Of a stretch of 28,911 nt of DNA, positions 26,715-28,911 are shown piece by piece (position 1 is the first letter of the stretch; every line of letters starts with the position of its first letter). The notes under the pieces were generated by a model. The model worked only from the letters and a program-made list of their open reading frames with translations, did not search any database and was not told the DNA's origin. The translations under genes and the position numbers were made by a program. The stretch comes from Isochrysis galbana (Eukaryota), in assembly GCA_018136815.1 (NCBI GenBank), contig CM030934.1, positions 7,511,272 to 7,540,182 of the forward strand. The letters run 5' to 3'.

Positions 26715-28911
26715 CATCCAATTCTCTTCAATCGCTGCGTTGCTCGGAGGGAGCGGACAAGCCAACTACTCCGCGGCCAACAGCACTCTTGATGCGACGA
26801 GTTGCTCTCGACGATTGGCCGGCCAAGTCGGCGCGTCGGTGCAGTGGGGTCCTTGGGCCGACGTCGGGATGGCGGCGGAGGCCTCCATCCGTACTCGTTT
26901 GCGTGGACTCGGTTTGGGCATGATCGGTATGGCTGATGGCGAATTGGCATTGCATGCATCGTTCTCGCCGATGGCACCCATGGTACACGCCGTGCTCATC
27001 GTTGACTGGGCTCTTTTGCTCGACCACATGGCTCCCTTGTCATTGTTCGCACACGTACGATCGGCAGCGATTGACTCAAAGTCGACAACTGACACGGCTT
27101 TACTTGAACGAAAGGATGGGATGAGCGCTCCTCCCCATGTCTTCATTTCCCTGAACGCCGTCTTGGACCTGGCCCGATCGACCCTGGGGACGTCTTCGAA
27201 CCTTGACGCTGACATGCCGTTGATGGAGTCGGGTCTCGACTCGCTCGGTGTGGTCGAATTGCGCAATCAGCTACAAGCTGTCGCTGGCGACGGAGCGGTC
27301 CTCCCGGCAACTCTCGTGTTCGAGCATCCAACAGCACGTGCGATCGCTGCCTTCCTTGCACCAGGAGCAAATTGTGATGCAGATGGGCTGTCTCACACGC
27401 CGCCTATGACAATAAATGTCGAAAAGGAGTATTTCGTGGACATGGTTTCAACCTGTGCGGTTGGCCCGGATGGTGCACGCGGTAAAAACTTTTGGTGCAT
27501 GGCTAGTAGGGCTCACGACGCAGTCACCGAGGTGCCTTTGTCGCGTTGGGACGTTGAGGCTCGCCTCAATGTCGCGCCGGGATCGGATGCTATTGCCGAT
27601 AGGCAGCGTTATGCGGCGTTCATCGAGGGCGCCGAGCTTTTCGACAACCAACATTTCTCTATTCTAGCAGCTGAAGCGGCTGCCATCGATCCTCAACAGC
27701 GCCTGTTGCTCGAAGTCGGGTACGCGGCGCTGCATAGTGCGACCATGACAAAGTCGACTTTGAAGGAGAGTCTTACTGGCATATTCGTAGGGATGTCACA
27801 TCCGGGCTTCGCTGAAGTGTGTCTAACCAACTCATCAACATCAAGTGGATATGTGACGGTCGCTGCAGGATGTGCAGTATCTGCTGGGCGCCTCTCTTTT
27901 ACGCTCGGCTTGCAGGGTCCATGTGTTTCAATAGATACCGTCTGCTCTAGCGGGCTCGTCGCAACGCACAACTCGTGGCGCTCCATAATGCTTGGGGAGA
28001 GCTATGTCTCCGTAGCTTTAGGTGTCAACATGATCTTTAGCCCTCATCAAAACGCCTGCATGGCTCAGACAGGAATGACGTCACGAAGCGGCCGCTCTTT
28101 CACTTTCGACCGGCGCGCAGATGGCTATGGCCGTGGAGAAGGGTGTTATGCAGCCCTTCTTCGACCGAGCGAAAGGACGCCATCCGGTCATCGTTTTGTG
28201 GGCTGCATCGTCAGGCAAGATGGCCCCAGTGCCAGCCTGACGGCTCCAAATGGTCGTGCGCAGCAAGCACTCCTTCGCGCCAGTTTTGCCCTGGGGTCTT
28301 TCCATCCCGACGCGCTCACCGGTTATGAGGCGCACGGGACGGGAACTCCGTTGGGCGACCCCATCGAAGTGAGCACCTTGACACTATCTGTGTTGGCTGA
28401 GCGTTCCGCAGTCGAACCTTTGTATGTTGGCAGCTTCAAGGCGGCTGGGGCACACGGAGAGCCGGCATCGGGGCTTGCTGGACTTCTTGTGCAAGCATGG
28501 CAGCAAGCTACGTCCCGGATGGCCCCGAACGCCCAATTGAGGACCCCCAACCCACATGTATCACGTGCTTTTGAGCAACAGAATGTCTCGGCTATGCTGC
28601 CCATTCAGCTTTCAGCTGCACATAATCACTCGCTCGGCGGTGTCAGTTCTTTTGGACTTTTTGGGACCATTGCGCATGCCTTGATCGAAAAAGCATCGCC
28701 AATTCTGACAATGACGTCGTCCCTAACAAGCGGGCTGGCGTTCCGGCGCAGGAACTTTGCTTGGTACCAAACTTCACACCCGCTTTTGCAATCACTTGTC
28801 GTGCTTGACGAGAAGAGCGCATCGTTCTCTTCTTTGATTAACCGAAAAGTGCAAGCATTGGTGGTTGATCATTGCGTGCGAGGCGCAATTGTCTTTCCCA
28901 GTGCTGGCTTC
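24643..28911 (+). CDS. PKS continuation: ECH2 end/linker, ABH, KR, ACP, KS, start of DH; partial, open at window edge
   Basis: Frame 1 appears continuously open for 1423 codons. First Met in the clean frame is 24742 (MCAKLSASSECTPLDALVDAWDEEEESRGL). Not in the supplied ORF track, presumably because no stop occurs before 28911. Confidence 0.88.
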   Translation, partial: MSYAVAASAWTPGVEARDATDEPCAEPGSLAKRMCAKLSASSECTPLDALVDAWDEEEESRGLTESTGAPPRAVERRVEPSIVDPAHPSLLLLRKAENSKIEQAPLVIAHGLLGDHRGFGNLWGTALAHSDVYALRHRGLDGSAAFPLDEHGSAAMVGEYATALLACFGEKPFDVIGASFGAALAFHVARAAGELGAQPRRIVLVDPPPAVPRDLPVPQMLSELRLAAMGVLLIHLRIEMGADVWTRFPQLTTLPEEALGCFVAAQCLPRGASHAEVLELASTFERMLPVYRQCRHALHTLSVNIEPFSGIESGHERAILMALSSDRWPTWCEMFPGVTEDALAPYGPVLSMRLAGKHIDVVTRCIGNREPIFTDALVGFLGCDSPSTWWETEQGASKGLLETSPLVLGARANYTARGLPSSADLRRNHADGLGMSLALARASALSTLPAMEGALQLARLQLARRPYPLWVLNAGAQPCSPASVSRPTFGGLLGLLRTVHAEAASAAAWHLDCCGDRLPESLAVASSSPASEPELCFAGQSTRVPRLDRLGSTGSQAPAVDGVHLISGGTGGLGLLTGKWLGRQGAARVALASRSGRVAQASRSLIDQAERLRLLACACDVAEVSDTRLLLSCVAGSGGSELRGVWHAAGVLADCLMPSQSALSFRRVFAPKALGAWNLEHGCALAPLDACIQFSSIAALLGGSGQANYSAANSTLDATSCSRRLAGQVGASVQWGPWADVGMAAEASIRTRLRGLGLGMIGMADGELALHASFSPMAPMVHAVLIVDWALLLDHMAPLSLFAHVRSAAIDSKSTTDTALLERKDGMSAPPHVFISLNAVLDLARSTLGTSSNLDADMPLMESGLDSLGVVELRNQLQAVAGDGAVLPATLVFEHPTARAIAAFLAPGANCDADGLSHTPPMTINVEKEYFVDMVSTCAVGPDGARGKNFWCMASRAHDAVTEVPLSRWDVEARLNVAPGSDAIADRQRYAAFIEGAELFDNQHFSILAAEAAAIDPQQRLLLEVGYAALHSATMTKSTLKESLTGIFVGMSHPGFAEVCLTNSSTSSGYVTVAAGCAVSAGRLSFTLGLQGPCVSIDTVCSSGLVATHNSWRSIMLGESYVSVALGVNMIFSPHQNACMAQTGMTSRSGRSFTFDRRADGYGRGEGCYAALLRPSERTPSGHRFVGCIVRQDGPSASLTAPNGRAQQALLRASFALGSFHPDALTGYEAHGTGTPLGDPIEVSTLTLSVLAERSAVEPLYVGSFKAAGAHGEPASGLAGLLVQAWQQATSRMAPNAQLRTPNPHVSRAFEQQNVSAMLPIQLSAAHNHSLGGVSSFGLFGTIAHALIEKASPILTMTSSLTSGLAFRRRNFAWYQTSHPLLQSLVVLDEKSASFSSLINRKVQALVVDHCVRGAIVFPSAGF
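24920..25785 (+). other. Alpha/beta-hydrolase domain (third full-length copy)
   Basis: Same HGLLGD, GASFG and AGKHIDVV motifs. Carries a local difference, CTCGTAGGC for CTTGAAGGC, near 25770. Confidence 0.8.
25795..27010 (+). other. Ketoreductase domain; 5' part near-identical to the other copies, 3' part divergent
   Basis: GGTGGLGLLTGKWLG, then FSSIAALLGGSGQANYSAANSTLDATSCSRRLAGQVGASVQWGPWADVGMAAEAS. Confidence 0.88.
27145..27365 (+). other. ACP domain (divergent)
   Basis: ADMPLMESGLDSLGVVELRNQLQAVAGDGAVLPATLVFEHPTARAIAAFLAP. Confidence 0.92.
27440..28705 (+). other. Ketosynthase domain (divergent)
   Basis: AIDPQQRLLLEVGYAALHS, VSIDTVCSSGLVATHNS, DRRADGYGRGEGCYAALL, YEAHGTGTPLGDPIEV, KAAGAHGEPASG. 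Confidence 0.9.
28770..28911 (+). other. N-terminal start of a further DH-like domain, cut by the window edge
   Basis: VVDHCVRGAIVFPSAGF matches the DH HxxxGxxxxP motif at the last codons. Confidence 0.7.

Overview
The window looks like one giant, internally repetitive type I modular polyketide synthase (PKS) gene on the + strand, entering near the left side and running off the right edge. No AT domain is recognisable in any module, so it is trans-AT-like. Inferred order: acetyl-CoA-synthetase-like adenylating loader, ACP, KS-DH, ECH1 fragment, truncated alpha/beta-hydrolase (ABH), truncated KR fused to a truncated KS, ECH1-ECH2-ABH-KR-ACP, KS-DH-KR-ACP, KS-ECH1-ECH2-ABH-KR-ACP, KS-ECH1-ECH2-ABH-KR-ACP, KS, start of DH. 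The main novelty is a repeated in-line ECH-ECH-ABH cassette occupying the slot between KS and KR where a sister module carries DH. The cassette sits in a 5688-nt (1896-codon) near-identical repeat unit. Precise exchange boundaries are visible between a DH block and the ECH-ECH-ABH block. Two sharp deletion-type junctions lie at 6049/6050 and about 7080. Reading frames are broken at 1.4-3.3 kb and 19.9-24.64 kb, mostly by single-base deletions. These look more like unpolished or mis-assembled sequence than natural decay. The long uninterrupted frame 24643-28911 is missing from the supplied ORF track because it has no stop before the window edge. The KS style (KANxGHxEPAAG-like motifs) and GC-rich, very large architecture suggest a eukaryotic microalga, but taxonomy cannot be established here. 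No CRISPR, tRNA, rRNA or mobile-element signature was identified.
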